From NCBI RefSeq assembly GCF_000009705.1, contig NC_003272.1:120001-152000 (forward strand): DNA of 32,000 bases. The letters run 5' to 3'. This document shows positions 18,036-27,531 of this stretch, in pieces. How positions within the stretch are numbered: position 1 is the stretch's first letter; each line of letters begins with the position of its first letter. The notes beneath the pieces were generated by a model. The model saw nothing but the letters and a program-made list of their open reading frames with translations. It was not told the origin of the DNA and did no database searches. The position numbers were made by a program, and so were the translations under genes. The stretch is from Nostoc sp. PCC 7120 = FACHB-418. GTDB lineage: Bacteria > Cyanobacteriota > Cyanobacteriia > Cyanobacteriales > Nostocaceae.

Positions 18036-18623
18036 CTATTTATCCCCAATGACTGGTGGTAACATATCTAAAACCGCAATCTGCAAATCGGGAAACTCTA
18101 AGGGTGCGATCGTTGCATCTTCTGCCAAAACTACTTTGCTTTTATAGTCTTGTGGAGTCGGTTGCCGAAAAACGTGCAACTGGCGACTAATTACATCTAA
18201 CACCCAGTAATCTTTAATTCCTGCTTGGGAATAAGCTTGAGATTTAGTTATACAATCTAGTTTCAGACTGCTATCGGCTACTTCAATAATTAGGTAAACT
18301 TCAGATGGTGTAGGATGGTGGTCTGCGTAGTCTAAAGGATCTATTTTTACAACAGCAATATCGGGTTCTGGTTCAGAGTGATCGTTTAACTTTACAGGGT
18401 CTTGAACACATATTAGCGCTAAATTCTTTAGACTATTTTGCAGTAATCTATCTGTCCGAGTCGTTGCCGACCGATAAGCTGTTCCTTTAGCAATCATGCA
18501 AATAATCTTTCCTTCTAGAAGTTCCACCCGTTCATCTGCGCCAAAAATACTAGATTCAGCCATCCGGTGGTATTCTTCAACTGTCCACAAACGAAGTTGT
18601 AATGTCGTTTCTGTGTTTTGCAT
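18036..18623 (-). CDS. Uma2-family (DUF820) putative endonuclease
   Basis: 195 aa. Motifs: VELLEGKII, EPDIAVV, IIEVADSS, KSQAYSQAGIKDYWVLD. Confidence 0.75.
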   Translation of the reverse strand: MQNTETTLQLRLWTVEEYHRMAESSIFGADERVELLEGKIICMIAKGTAYRSATTRTDRLLQNSLKNLALICVQDPVKLNDHSEPEPDIAVVKIDPLDYADHHPTPSEVYLIIEVADSSLKLDCITKSQAYSQAGIKDYWVLDVISRQLHVFRQPTPQDYKSKVVLAEDATIAPLEFPDLQIAVLDMLPPVIGDK

Positions 18624-18689
18624 GGCTAGTTGCCTATAAATACTAGAATATTTAGCTTGATATAAAAAAATAAACTTGAAGCTGATTGT

Positions 18690-19271
18690 TTAAGCTGGAT
18701 TTACTGATTCAAATATTTGCGATACTTTCAGATTTAGTTGGTTAAATTGTGGAGATGCAACTAAATCATCATCAGAGAAGTTACCTAGCTCGGTATATGT
18801 CTTATCAGTAAGTTCTAAGACTAATAAAGTTTTAGTTTCGGGGTCAATAATCCAATATTCAGGAATACCACAATCTTGATACTGCGATCGCTTGGCAATA
18901 AAATCTCTATCTCTTTGCAAGTCTCCAGGGCTAACCACTTCAATTACTAATAGTGGAGGTAGCATTGATAGACGAATAGTATTGCGCTTGGCTAACTGCT
19001 GAATATGCTCTTCTCGAATAATGGTTAGGTCAGGATAACGGTTTCTGGGTTCTCCTCTCACTTCCAGTTCTAAACCATGTCCTCGCACTCTTTGATAGCC
19101 TAATAAGGATGCAAACTTAATTAATAAAAATGTGGCAATCTGAACATTGATTTCCGATTCTGGAGGCATTTCGATTAATTCTCCATTAAACAACTCATAG
19201 AGTTGATCTGTGCCATCATCATAAGATAGGTACTCTTCAAAGCTCTGAAAGCGATGGTTCACTTGTAGCAT
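18690..19271 (-). CDS. Uma2-family (DUF820) putative endonuclease
   Basis: 193 aa. Motifs: YELFNGELIEMPPES, YPDLTII, VIEVVSPGD, KRSQYQDCGIPEYWIID. Confidence 0.8.
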   Translation of the reverse strand: MLQVNHRFQSFEEYLSYDDGTDQLYELFNGELIEMPPESEINVQIATFLLIKFASLLGYQRVRGHGLELEVRGEPRNRYPDLTIIREEHIQQLAKRNTIRLSMLPPLLVIEVVSPGDLQRDRDFIAKRSQYQDCGIPEYWIIDPETKTLLVLELTDKTYTELGNFSDDDLVASPQFNQLNLKVSQIFESVNPA

Positions 19272-19351
19272 CAGGGTTTCTCCATGATGAGTCTCAATGC
19301 AAGTTTAGCTTAATTCGGAATTTGTATTTTCTAGTCTCTAGTTTCTAACCT

Positions 19352-20086
19352 CTAGCTTTCTAAAATTTGAATTTCATCTAGCTGATTAATTACTACATTT
19401 GCACCTTGGACATTATTTGGTTTATTCACCCAAGTAATGCCAATACAACCTGCTGCTTGAGCGTTACGAGCCATTTGCATATCACCTACAGCATCACCTA
19501 CCATTAATGTAGCTTCTGGTTCTACTCCTAAAGTTTGGCAAGCTTGTAAAAATAATATGGGATCTGGTTTAGTAGGGCCGTCATCTACGCCTACTTGGGC
19601 TTGGATATAATTACCTAAATCATGTTGTGCAACAAAGTTTTTCACTTCCAATGTGGTTGCTGCTGAAACAATGCCAAGTTTAAGTCCAGCATTTGAAAGA
19701 GATTGCAATATTTCCAATGCACCTGTGAAAAGAGGTGCTGGAGTTACACCAATGTATTTCTCCGCATCATCTAAGGCTTGACGCGCTATTTTTAAAGATT
19801 CAAACCATCCTTTCCCAGTCTCAGCGATATAGGCGGCTGTGGCTATTTCTGTTTCGCGGCGACTGGCTACCGAAATTAAACCGGCTGGGTCGAGTGTATC
19901 ACCGTTAATACCAAAAGCCATGAGTAAAGGTTCACCAATTCCGGGTACTTGGGCATCTACAATTCTCGCTGCTTTTTGTCCAAGCGATCGCAAATAGGCT
20001 TCTGAATTTTCTAAAGTACCGTTTTTATCAAATAAAATCCCTTGAATATTAGTAAATACGATATCTTTACATTTAATGGTAGCCAC
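19352..20086 (-). CDS. HAD-superfamily hydrolase (phosphatase, subfamily IA-like)
   Basis: 244 aa. Motif I ILFDKNGTL, motif II IVSAAT, motif III/IV K...MVGDAVGDMQMA. Confidence 0.75.
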   Translation of the reverse strand: MATIKCKDIVFTNIQGILFDKNGTLENSEAYLRSLGQKAARIVDAQVPGIGEPLLMAFGINGDTLDPAGLISVASRRETEIATAAYIAETGKGWFESLKIARQALDDAEKYIGVTPAPLFTGALEILQSLSNAGLKLGIVSAATTLEVKNFVAQHDLGNYIQAQVGVDDGPTKPDPILFLQACQTLGVEPEATLMVGDAVGDMQMARNAQAAGCIGITWVNKPNNVQGANVVINQLDEIQILES

Positions 20087-20107
20087 AAAATTAAACCCTA
20101 TAAAAAG

Positions 20108-20137
20108 TCAAAATAAAAAAGAGGGAAAACCCTCTTT
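20108..20137 (-). terminator. rpsA intrinsic terminator
   Basis: On the minus strand: AAAGAGGG-UUUU-CCCUCUUU (20137-20118) followed by UUUAUUUUG. It lies 50 nt downstream of the rpsA stop. Confidence 0.75.
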
Positions 20138-20187
20138 CAAAAATGTCTTGATGTTGTTAATGACAGTTAACTTAAACTACAACTGTA

Positions 20188-21219
20188 TTATTCTTCAATA
20201 GCTGCTGGGATTTCCTCAACTGCTACAATTTCTTCTTCAGCTACAGCATCTTCGGTTGCAGGGGGAATTTCTTCCTCAATCAAATCTTCTGCACCTTCTG
20301 CGGGTAAGGTAATACCTTGTTGTTTAGCCAGCAGTTGTTCTCTATACTTAGCTGCCATTTCTTCGGCTTTATCGTAAACCAAATCACGGTTTTTAATCAT
20401 GTCACCGGGTTCTGGTTCCAACTGCTTAGTAGAGAGAGATATTCTACCTCTTTCGGCATCCAAGTCAATGATCATCACTTTCACTTCATCATTGACGTTG
20501 AATACACTGTGAGGTGTATCGATATGCTCGTGAGAAATTTCCGAGATGTGCAACAAGCCGCTAACACCGCCGATATCGATGAATGCACCGTAGGGTTTGA
20601 TACCGCGCACTGTACCGATTACCACTTCGCCCACTTCTAGGCGATTCATCTTGCGCTCAACTAACGCACGACGATGAGAGAGAACTAAGCGGTTACGTTC
20701 TTCGTCTACTTCTAGGAATTTTAAAGGCAGTTCTTCGCCTACTAATTCTTCTTTTGGTTTGCGGGTGCTGATGTGAGAACCGGGAATAAAGCCCCGTAGT
20801 CCTTCAATTCTGACCAACGCCCCCCCACGGTTAGTGGCAAATACACCAGAGCGCACTGTGGCATCTTCTGCTTGCAGTTGGCGTACACGCTCCCAAGCAC
20901 GCATATATTCAATTCTGCGGATGGAAAGAGTTAACTGTCCATCTTCGTTTTCATCGGTCAGGATGAAAAATTCTCTTGTTTCGTTTGATTGTAAAACTTC
21001 TTCCGGGGCATCGACCCGGTTTATAGACATTTCTTGTATAGGTATATAAGCTGCTGTTTTAGCACCTATGTCAATCAGAGCGCCGCGCGGTTCTATACTA
21101 AAAACTGTACCTGGTACGACATCTCCTGGGCTGAAGTGATAGTCGTATTTGTCAAGTAGGGCAGCGAAATCTTCGTGAGTAAATCCAATTTCTGTAGCGG
21201 TTAAATTCTGATTGACCAT
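20188..21219 (-). CDS. rpsA: 30S ribosomal protein S1 (cyanobacterial short form)
   Basis: 343 aa with three S1 OB-fold repeats (GDVVPGTVFSIEPRGALIDIG, GVFATNRGGALVRIEGLRGFIPGSH, GEVVIGTVRGIKPYGAFIDIGGVSGLLHISE) and an acidic tail. Confidence 0.9.
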   Translation of the reverse strand: MVNQNLTATEIGFTHEDFAALLDKYDYHFSPGDVVPGTVFSIEPRGALIDIGAKTAAYIPIQEMSINRVDAPEEVLQSNETREFFILTDENEDGQLTLSIRRIEYMRAWERVRQLQAEDATVRSGVFATNRGGALVRIEGLRGFIPGSHISTRKPKEELVGEELPLKFLEVDEERNRLVLSHRRALVERKMNRLEVGEVVIGTVRGIKPYGAFIDIGGVSGLLHISEISHEHIDTPHSVFNVNDEVKVMIIDLDAERGRISLSTKQLEPEPGDMIKNRDLVYDKAEEMAAKYREQLLAKQQGITLPAEGAEDLIEEEIPPATEDAVAEEEIVAVEEIPAAIEE

Positions 21220-21468
21220 GCTGTTGTGTTCCTGGTTCTAGTCTCCGTAATGGTTATGCCATAATAGCCATGTGTATGCAACTGCCTGAGTTGGTAGTGT
21301 ACACCTATATCTCTGTCTAATCCTAGCGCAGAAAAGCTAGTGTTCACACATATTAACTTCCAGAAAAAAGATTATATCACAAATAAATATGGAATATTTG
21401 TTAAGTAATTAACCGTGGAAATGAATTTTTCCTATTTTCTATGGTTTGGAGACAGGAGTGTATTAATC

Positions 21469-21512
21469 GCAAATATCCGTTGTTTTTCTTGAGAAAAACA
21501 ACGGATATTTGC
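21469..21512 (-). other. perfect 20-bp stem / 4-nt loop hairpin 34 nt downstream of psbT (3' stabiliser or terminator)
   Basis: gcaaatatccgttgtttttc (21469-21488), ttga loop, gaaaaacaacggatatttgc (21493-21512). The U-run is on the plus-strand side only. Confidence 0.6.
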
Positions 21513-21545
21513 TTTATTTGACTGAGAGAATGAGCATTAGCTGCC

Positions 21546-21653
21546 TTATTTCTCTTCTTTTTTCTCAATGCGGGGTGGTTCGCGGAATGCGATCGCAAAA
21601 AAGAGAACGCCTATTGCTAGGGTCAAAATTAGAATGTAAGCAACGCTTTCCAT
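21546..21653 (-). CDS. psbT: photosystem II reaction-centre protein T
   Basis: Not in the ORF track. My own translation of the minus strand gives [35 protein letters not shown], the canonical PsbT sequence, in the conserved position just downstream of psbB. Confidence 0.92.
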   Translation of the reverse strand: MESVAYILILTLAIGVLFFAIAFREPPRIEKKEEK

Positions 21654-21670
21654 ATTAAAAACTCCTGCTT

Positions 21671-21745
21671 AGGTATTGGGTATTGGGTACTGGGTACTAG
21701 GTACTCGGTACTCGGTATATTTCCCAGTCCCCAGTCCCCAGTCCC
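21671..21745. repeat. inverted STRR arrays in the psbB-psbT spacer (GGTATTG/GGTACTG arm 21671-21718, CCCCAGT x3 arm 21723-21745)
   Basis: Reads aggtatt gggtatt gggtact gggtact aggtact cggtact cggta ... cccagtc cccagtc cccagtc cc. The arms are imperfectly complementary. Confidence 0.85.
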
Positions 21746-21750
21746 TAAAA

Positions 21751-23280
21751 TTAAGCTTCCTTCCGAACGCGGGTTGATTTGTCACCCACTTTCTGGAATA
21801 GACCCCACTCTACTTGTTCTTCTAGATCCGCTTCCACACCGGCGAATACGTCTCGGTATATTGTCCGAGCGCCGTGCCAGAGGTGACCGAAGAAGAATAA
21901 CAGAGCAAATACGGCGTGACCAAAGGTAAACCAACCTCTGGGGGATGTACGGAATACACCGTCAGAGTTTAAGGTTTCGCGGTCGAATTCAAATATTTCT
22001 CCACCTTGAGCTTTACGGGCATATTTCTTCACATCGGCGGGATCAGTAAAGGTTTTACCGTCCAAATCGCCACCGTAGAAGCTAACTGTTACGCCTGATT
22101 GTTCAAAGCTATACTTGGATTCTGCTCGACGGAAAGGGATGTCAGCGCGGACAACACCATCAGCATCTGTCAAGATTACTGGGAAGGTTTCAAAGAAGTT
22201 GGGGAGACGACGTACTGTCAATTCCCGGCCTTCAGCATCTTTGAATACGCCGTGACCTTGCCAAGATTGGGCAATACCATCACCCTTAACCATTGGCCCT
22301 GTACGGAACAAACCACCTTTGGCGGGGCTGTTACCGACGTAATCATAGAAAGCTAGTTTTTCAGGAATCTGTGACCAAGCTTCGGAAAGGCTTGCACCTT
22401 GAGCTACGCTTGATTGCACACGGCGCTCAATTTCTTGATGGAAATAGCCTTGATCCCATTGATAACGTGTGGGCCCAAACAGTTCGATGGGTGTAGTAGC
22501 GTTGCCGTACCACATGGTTCCTGCAACTACGAAAGCTGCGAAGAATACTGCCGCAATACTGCTGGAAAGTACGGTTTCAATGTTACCCATCCGTAGAGCT
22601 TTGTAGAGCCTTTCGGGGGGTCTAACAGTGAGGTGGAATAAACCTGCAATGATACCGACAATACCAGCTGCAATATGGTGAGCTACTACGCCACCAGGGT
22701 TAAATGGGTTAAATCCATCTGGACCCCATTCGGGTGCTACTGGCTGGACGCTGCCGGTGACTCCATAGGGGTCAGAAATCCACATTCCAGGGCCGAATAA
22801 GCCTGTGAGATGGAAAGCACCAAAGCCGAAACAGAGTAAACCGGATAAGAACAGGTGAATGCCAAACATTTTTGGCAAATCTAAAGCAGGTTCACCGGTT
22901 CGAGGATCTCTAAAGAGTTCCAAATCCCAGTAAACCCAGTGCCAAACGGCAGCTAGGAACAATAAACCAGAAAGCACAATGTGAGCTGCGGCAACCCCTT
23001 CAAATGACCAGAAACCAGGGTCAGTTGCTGTACCGCCAGTAACGCTCCAACCGCCCCAAGATTGGGTAACACCTAACCGTGCCATGAAGGGTAGCACGAA
23101 CATCCCTTGCCGCCACATCGGGTTGAGAACCGGATCGCTGGGGTCATAAATAGCTAGTTCGTATAGTGCCATCGAACCAGCCCAACCTGCCACCAGGGCT
23201 GTGTGCATCAAGTGTACAGAAATCAGTCGCCCTGGGTCATTCAGAACTACTGTATGTACTCGGTACCAGGGTAGTCCCAT
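21751..23280 (-). CDS. psbB: photosystem II CP47 chlorophyll apoprotein
   Basis: 509 aa. Canonical N-terminus [43 protein letters not shown] and full-length CP47 features. Confidence 0.98.
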   Translation of the reverse strand: MGLPWYRVHTVVLNDPGRLISVHLMHTALVAGWAGSMALYELAIYDPSDPVLNPMWRQGMFVLPFMARLGVTQSWGGWSVTGGTATDPGFWSFEGVAAAHIVLSGLLFLAAVWHWVYWDLELFRDPRTGEPALDLPKMFGIHLFLSGLLCFGFGAFHLTGLFGPGMWISDPYGVTGSVQPVAPEWGPDGFNPFNPGGVVAHHIAAGIVGIIAGLFHLTVRPPERLYKALRMGNIETVLSSSIAAVFFAAFVVAGTMWYGNATTPIELFGPTRYQWDQGYFHQEIERRVQSSVAQGASLSEAWSQIPEKLAFYDYVGNSPAKGGLFRTGPMVKGDGIAQSWQGHGVFKDAEGRELTVRRLPNFFETFPVILTDADGVVRADIPFRRAESKYSFEQSGVTVSFYGGDLDGKTFTDPADVKKYARKAQGGEIFEFDRETLNSDGVFRTSPRGWFTFGHAVFALLFFFGHLWHGARTIYRDVFAGVEADLEEQVEWGLFQKVGDKSTRVRKEA

Positions 23281-23703
23281 CGACTACGCTCCTCCTCGAT
23301 GAGTTATGTTTACAAAACAATTTTCTTTAGTTAAGGTTCCAAGGTTGGAAGCCTCACCTCGGACTTCTCTGAAATTTTTTTTATTGCCAGAGTCTGATCC
23401 TTTACCACACCCGAATTTTATTAAGTTCGGAGAGTGGATTATTTGGCGACACTCAACCGTTTTGGGATTGTGTCCCTAGAGGGTGGCGATCGCCAAGTAA
23501 AAATGAGAATGTTTTAAAAAGTGTAACTATTGATGGAACCGTTTGCAAGCGTGTCCATTGATGCTATCGCCTCCCTACTAGGCTTTATCTTCCCACAGAT
23601 CGCCGTTACAAGTTATCCTACGTATGTTTATAAATCTTTACAAAGAGAGAAGAGTCCTGAGTCTTGGGTAATAATTTAGGTCCTCAGTCCCTCTTGGCAT
23701 CTA

Positions 23704-24078
23704 CTACACGACTGATTGAATATTTTGTAACTGGCACTTTGCCTCAGCTGTACCCAGGCGTTCAATTACTTGTTCGGCGGTCATTAGGCGTTTGAGAACT
23801 ACTTGCCCAATGGTTTGGTTAACTAAGGCAGATGTAGTTGGTTTTACTTCTACGGTGATTACGGCTTCTTCAATGCGATAAAGCCACATTAATTCGTTGT
23901 TTTCTACCAAACAAATATTTAATCGCTGTATTTCTGGTGATCTGCGCCATGCAGTGATCTGCCACAATCCATCAGATCCCCAAACTCTGCCAATAGTCCA
24001 TCCTTCGGAAAGAAAGAAATATTTCACTGTTTTATTCTCACTTTTGCAACTTTTAATCTGCTGTTGACAATTTTGCAA
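23704..24078 (-). CDS. hypothetical protein (start uncertain)
   Basis: The open frame is 124 codons, but the track's start is TTG. A GTG at the V of TVKYFF is an alternative. I recognise no motif. Confidence 0.35.
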   Translation of the reverse strand: MQNCQQQIKSCKSENKTVKYFFLSEGWTIGRVWGSDGLWQITAWRRSPEIQRLNICLVENNELMWLYRIEEAVITVEVKPTTSALVNQTIGQVVLKRLMTAEQVIERLGTAEAKCQLQNIQSVV

Positions 24079-24628
24079 TCATCTCAAGTTGATGATGTAT
24101 AAACATAGAATTCTATTAGTCAAAATGATTTGACTAATTACTGATAACACTGATATTTAGATAAACCTTACTCTGGAAGAGAAACTGCAATCTTACACAA
24201 TGCCCAACCGATAATTTATCTTTAAGTAGAATTTGGTAGTAATTATTGGCGTGTCTGGCAATTAAGTGACAGTAGGTAACTTGTTGATTCAATATACCGT
24301 AATCACTAAAATTGTTTTACAAACTACCTTTCCTGATAGACTATGAAGCTATAACAATTTTACTCAATAATAAAAAACTTGAATGGATAAAAATTGTTTC
24401 GTGGTTACTGAATATGAATTAGCTCAATTAAATTTTAATAAAATTAAATAATATATATTAGGACTTACGCACCTAGATTGTCTGTTGAAACTGGGTGTAA
24501 GGGTATAGGGGTGTAAGGGTTCTAAATTTCTACAAAGCGATCGCGTAGTTGAATTTTGAGAAATAACGTATAAAAGATAATTTATATAGTATAATTACTG
24601 ACCGCTAATTGCAAAAAATTGGGACGCT

Positions 24629-26287
24629 ATGAACTGGTTTGCTTTGTCTGGGAGACAGTGGGGGCGGATGACAAAATTCGTCTCTTTATTCTCTCTCTGT
24701 TTAGTTTTGGTTATCAGTTGCACTCCTCGCCAACAAACAACTACACCAACATCAAGTGCAAATAATAGTCCCTCAGGGGATGGTCGAATTACGGTGGGGA
24801 CGACACTCAAACCACGAACCCTAGATCCGGCTGATGCGTATGAATTGGCCTCTTTGGGTTTAGTGTTTAATATGAGCGATCGCCTCTATACTTATGAACC
24901 AGGTAGTACAGTAATTCAGCCACAGTTGGCTACAGCACTACCAAAAGTTAGCCAAGATGGTTTAACTTACACCATACCCCTACGTCAGGGAGTGCTTTTT
25001 CACGATGGTACTGCTTTCAATGCTAAAGCAATGGAATTTAGCATCCAGCGCTTTATTGAAAATAAAGGCAAACCATCGTTCTTACTAGCTGATACCATAG
25101 CTTCGGTGAAAGCTACAGGCGATTATGAGCTAACAATTCAACTAAAAAAACCCTTTGCAGCTTTTCCCTCGCTGTTAGCATTTTCTGGAGTTTGTGCAGT
25201 TTCACCTACAGCTTATGAACTAGGTGCAGGAAAGTTTAAACCAGATACTTTTGTAGGGACTGGCCCTTACAAATTGGCGCAGTATGGTACGGATTCACTA
25301 CGCTTTGATGTATTTGATAAATATTGGGGAGAAAAACCCAAGAATCAAGGCGTTAATGTGCAGATTCAAACTAGTCCGGTAAATCTATTTAATGCTTTCC
25401 GTACTGGCGCGGTAGATGTAGCTTATCAGTCTTTGCAACCAGACCAAATTAAAAGCTTAGAAGCTGGTGCTAAAAAAGGAGATTGGCAAGGGATAACATC
25501 TCAAGGTAGTGTCGTTACTTTTATGGCTTTGAATCGCAATCAAGAGCCTCTAGATAAACTAGAAGTAAGACAAGCCGTAGCGACAATTATTGACCGTCAA
25601 CTTTTAAATCAAAGAGCTTTATTTGGCCAAGCTGAACCACTTTATAGCTTAATTCCTACCACTTTTGATGTGTCCCAACCAATCTTTAAAGAAAAGTATG
25701 GTGATGCAAACTTTGAGAAAGCTAAACAATTGCTAACTGCGGCGGGATTTTCTGCTGAAAATCCCGCAAAAGTGCAGATTTGGTATCCGGCTAGTTCCGC
25801 AGTCCGCAGCTTGGCAGCCCAGACCTTAAAAGCGATCGCCGAGCAAAATCTTGGTGGTATACTTCAGTTTGAAGTCAGTACCGTCGAAGGTGCTACCTTT
25901 TATAAAGACATCTCAAAGGGTATATATCCAGCAGCTTTAGTTGATTGGTACCCCGACTTTTTAGACCCAGATAATTATGTGCAGCCATTCTTAGCTTGTC
26001 AGAAAGGGTCAGTTGCTAAAGGGTGTGAAGAGGGCGGTAGCCAAACTCAAGGTTCTTTTTACTATAACGAAGCTGTCAACAAATTAATCGACCAGCAACG
26101 TCAAGAGCAAGACCCCGCAACCCGTCAGAAAATATTTGCAGAAATTCAAACTCAATTATCAACTGATATTCCCTATATTCCTTTGTGGCAAAGCAAAGAT
26201 TATGTATTTGCTCAAAAAGGTGTGAGTGGTGTACAACTTGACCCATCGAAAAATCTCGTTTATAAGTCGATAGTCAAAGGTCAATAA
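24629..26287 (+). CDS. ABC transporter substrate-binding lipoprotein, family 5 (peptide/nickel type)
   Basis: 552 aa. Lipobox LVISC after a hydrophobic leader; the start is more likely the Met at 24668 (MTKFVSLFSLCLVLVISC). SBP_bac_5-like blocks: FHDGTAFNAKA, GTGPYKL, YPDFLDPDNY. Confidence 0.85.
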   Translation: MNWFALSGRQWGRMTKFVSLFSLCLVLVISCTPRQQTTTPTSSANNSPSGDGRITVGTTLKPRTLDPADAYELASLGLVFNMSDRLYTYEPGSTVIQPQLATALPKVSQDGLTYTIPLRQGVLFHDGTAFNAKAMEFSIQRFIENKGKPSFLLADTIASVKATGDYELTIQLKKPFAAFPSLLAFSGVCAVSPTAYELGAGKFKPDTFVGTGPYKLAQYGTDSLRFDVFDKYWGEKPKNQGVNVQIQTSPVNLFNAFRTGAVDVAYQSLQPDQIKSLEAGAKKGDWQGITSQGSVVTFMALNRNQEPLDKLEVRQAVATIIDRQLLNQRALFGQAEPLYSLIPTTFDVSQPIFKEKYGDANFEKAKQLLTAAGFSAENPAKVQIWYPASSAVRSLAAQTLKAIAEQNLGGILQFEVSTVEGATFYKDISKGIYPAALVDWYPDFLDPDNYVQPFLACQKGSVAKGCEEGGSQTQGSFYYNEAVNKLIDQQRQEQDPATRQKIFAEIQTQLSTDIPYIPLWQSKDYVFAQKGVSGVQLDPSKNLVYKSIVKGQ

Positions 26288-26368
26288 TACATAGTCAACA
26301 GTCCATAGTCATTAGTAATTAGTCTGTCATCTAAATAACTGACTAATCTCTAATGACTATTGATTTTT

Positions 26369-26417
26369 GACCAATGACCGATGACCAATGACCGATGACC
26401 AATGACCAATGACTAAA
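26369..26417. repeat. STRR2-type heptamer array (GACCAAT/GACCGAT x6-7 = complement of TTGGTCA)
   Basis: Reads gaccaat gaccgat gaccaat gaccgat gaccaat gaccaat gactaaa. A degenerate complementary arm (atagtca acagtcc atagtca) lies at about 26291-26330. It sits in the SBP-permease spacer. Confidence 0.9.
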
Positions 26418-26422
26418 CATTT

Positions 26423-27448
26423 ATGTCTCGCTCCAAAGCCTTACAATACTACATTGTTTCTCGGTTACTGTTTGCGCCCCTGCAACTGCTAACTATTATT
26501 ACGATTGTATTTTTATTACTCAGAGCTACACCGGGTGACCCAGTAGATGCGATTCTTGGTGGGCGTGCTTCAGAAAGCGTGAAAGAACAATATCGAGAAC
26601 AACTGGGTTTAAACCGACCTTTATTTATACAGTACCTAAATTACTTGGGTGATTTACTGCATTTTGATTTAGGGACATCTTTGACAAGTCGGGGACAACA
26701 CGTCTGGAATATCATTGGACAATATTTTCCGGCCACAGTCGAGTTAGCTGTGTTTAGTATGGCGGTAGCTTTGATTGTGGGAATTTTGGTAGGGACGCTT
26801 TCCGCTTCTCGTCCGGGAACTTCATTTGATATTGGCGGACGGTTATTTGGGATTATTACTTATGCACTCCCCATGTTTTGGGCGGGAATGCTGCTACAGT
26901 TAATTTTTTCCGTGCAGTTGGGTTGGTTTCCCAATTCCAATCGTTTTCCGCCCAATCTTCCACCCCCGCCTACATTCACAGGTTTATATACAGTTGATAG
27001 TTTGCTCAGTGGTAACTTGACACAGTTTTTTACATCTTTGCATCATTTAGCACTCCCTTGTCTCACCTTAGGAATTTTGCTGAGTGGCATTTTTGAGCGT
27101 ATTGTCAGAGTCAATTTAAAGCAAACTCTCAAAGCTGATTATGTGGAAGCAGCCAGAGCTAGAGGAATTGCGGAAAATAAAATTTTGGTGTCGCACGCCT
27201 TAAAAAATGCGCTGATTCCGGTAATTACTGTTCTAGGATTAACCTTTGCTTCCCTGCTAGGTGGAGCAATTTTAACGGAAGTGACATTTTCCTGGCCTGG
27301 GTTGGCAAATCGGCTATATCAGGCAATCTCCGATCGCGATTATCCCACAGTCCAAGGTGTGCTGGTATTTTTTGGGGCGATCGTCGTCTCGGCAAGCATT
27401 TTAATTGATATTCTCAATGCTTACGTTGACCCACGTATTCGTTATTAA
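26423..27448 (+). CDS. ABC transporter permease (DppB/OppB-like)
   Basis: 341 aa, about 6 TM. It carries the BPD_transp_1 EAA-type loop YVEAARARGIAENKILVSHALKNALIPVIT. Confidence 0.88.
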   Translation: MSRSKALQYYIVSRLLFAPLQLLTIITIVFLLLRATPGDPVDAILGGRASESVKEQYREQLGLNRPLFIQYLNYLGDLLHFDLGTSLTSRGQHVWNIIGQYFPATVELAVFSMAVALIVGILVGTLSASRPGTSFDIGGRLFGIITYALPMFWAGMLLQLIFSVQLGWFPNSNRFPPNLPPPPTFTGLYTVDSLLSGNLTQFFTSLHHLALPCLTLGILLSGIFERIVRVNLKQTLKADYVEAARARGIAENKILVSHALKNALIPVITVLGLTFASLLGGAILTEVTFSWPGLANRLYQAISDRDYPTVQGVLVFFGAIVVSASILIDILNAYVDPRIRY

Positions 27449-27531
27449 GGAAATTAGTAGTAATAGCCTAGATATTGCTAAATAAAATGCGTGGCTAATA
27501 GCTCTTCGCTCTGTGCTTTGATGTTTTTACT

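Noticed and set aside
21401-21598. 65-aa minus-strand ORF from the track
   Set aside because: It overlaps the genuine psbT gene in another frame and runs through the 20-bp hairpin. The product is basic, low-complexity and unrecognisable.
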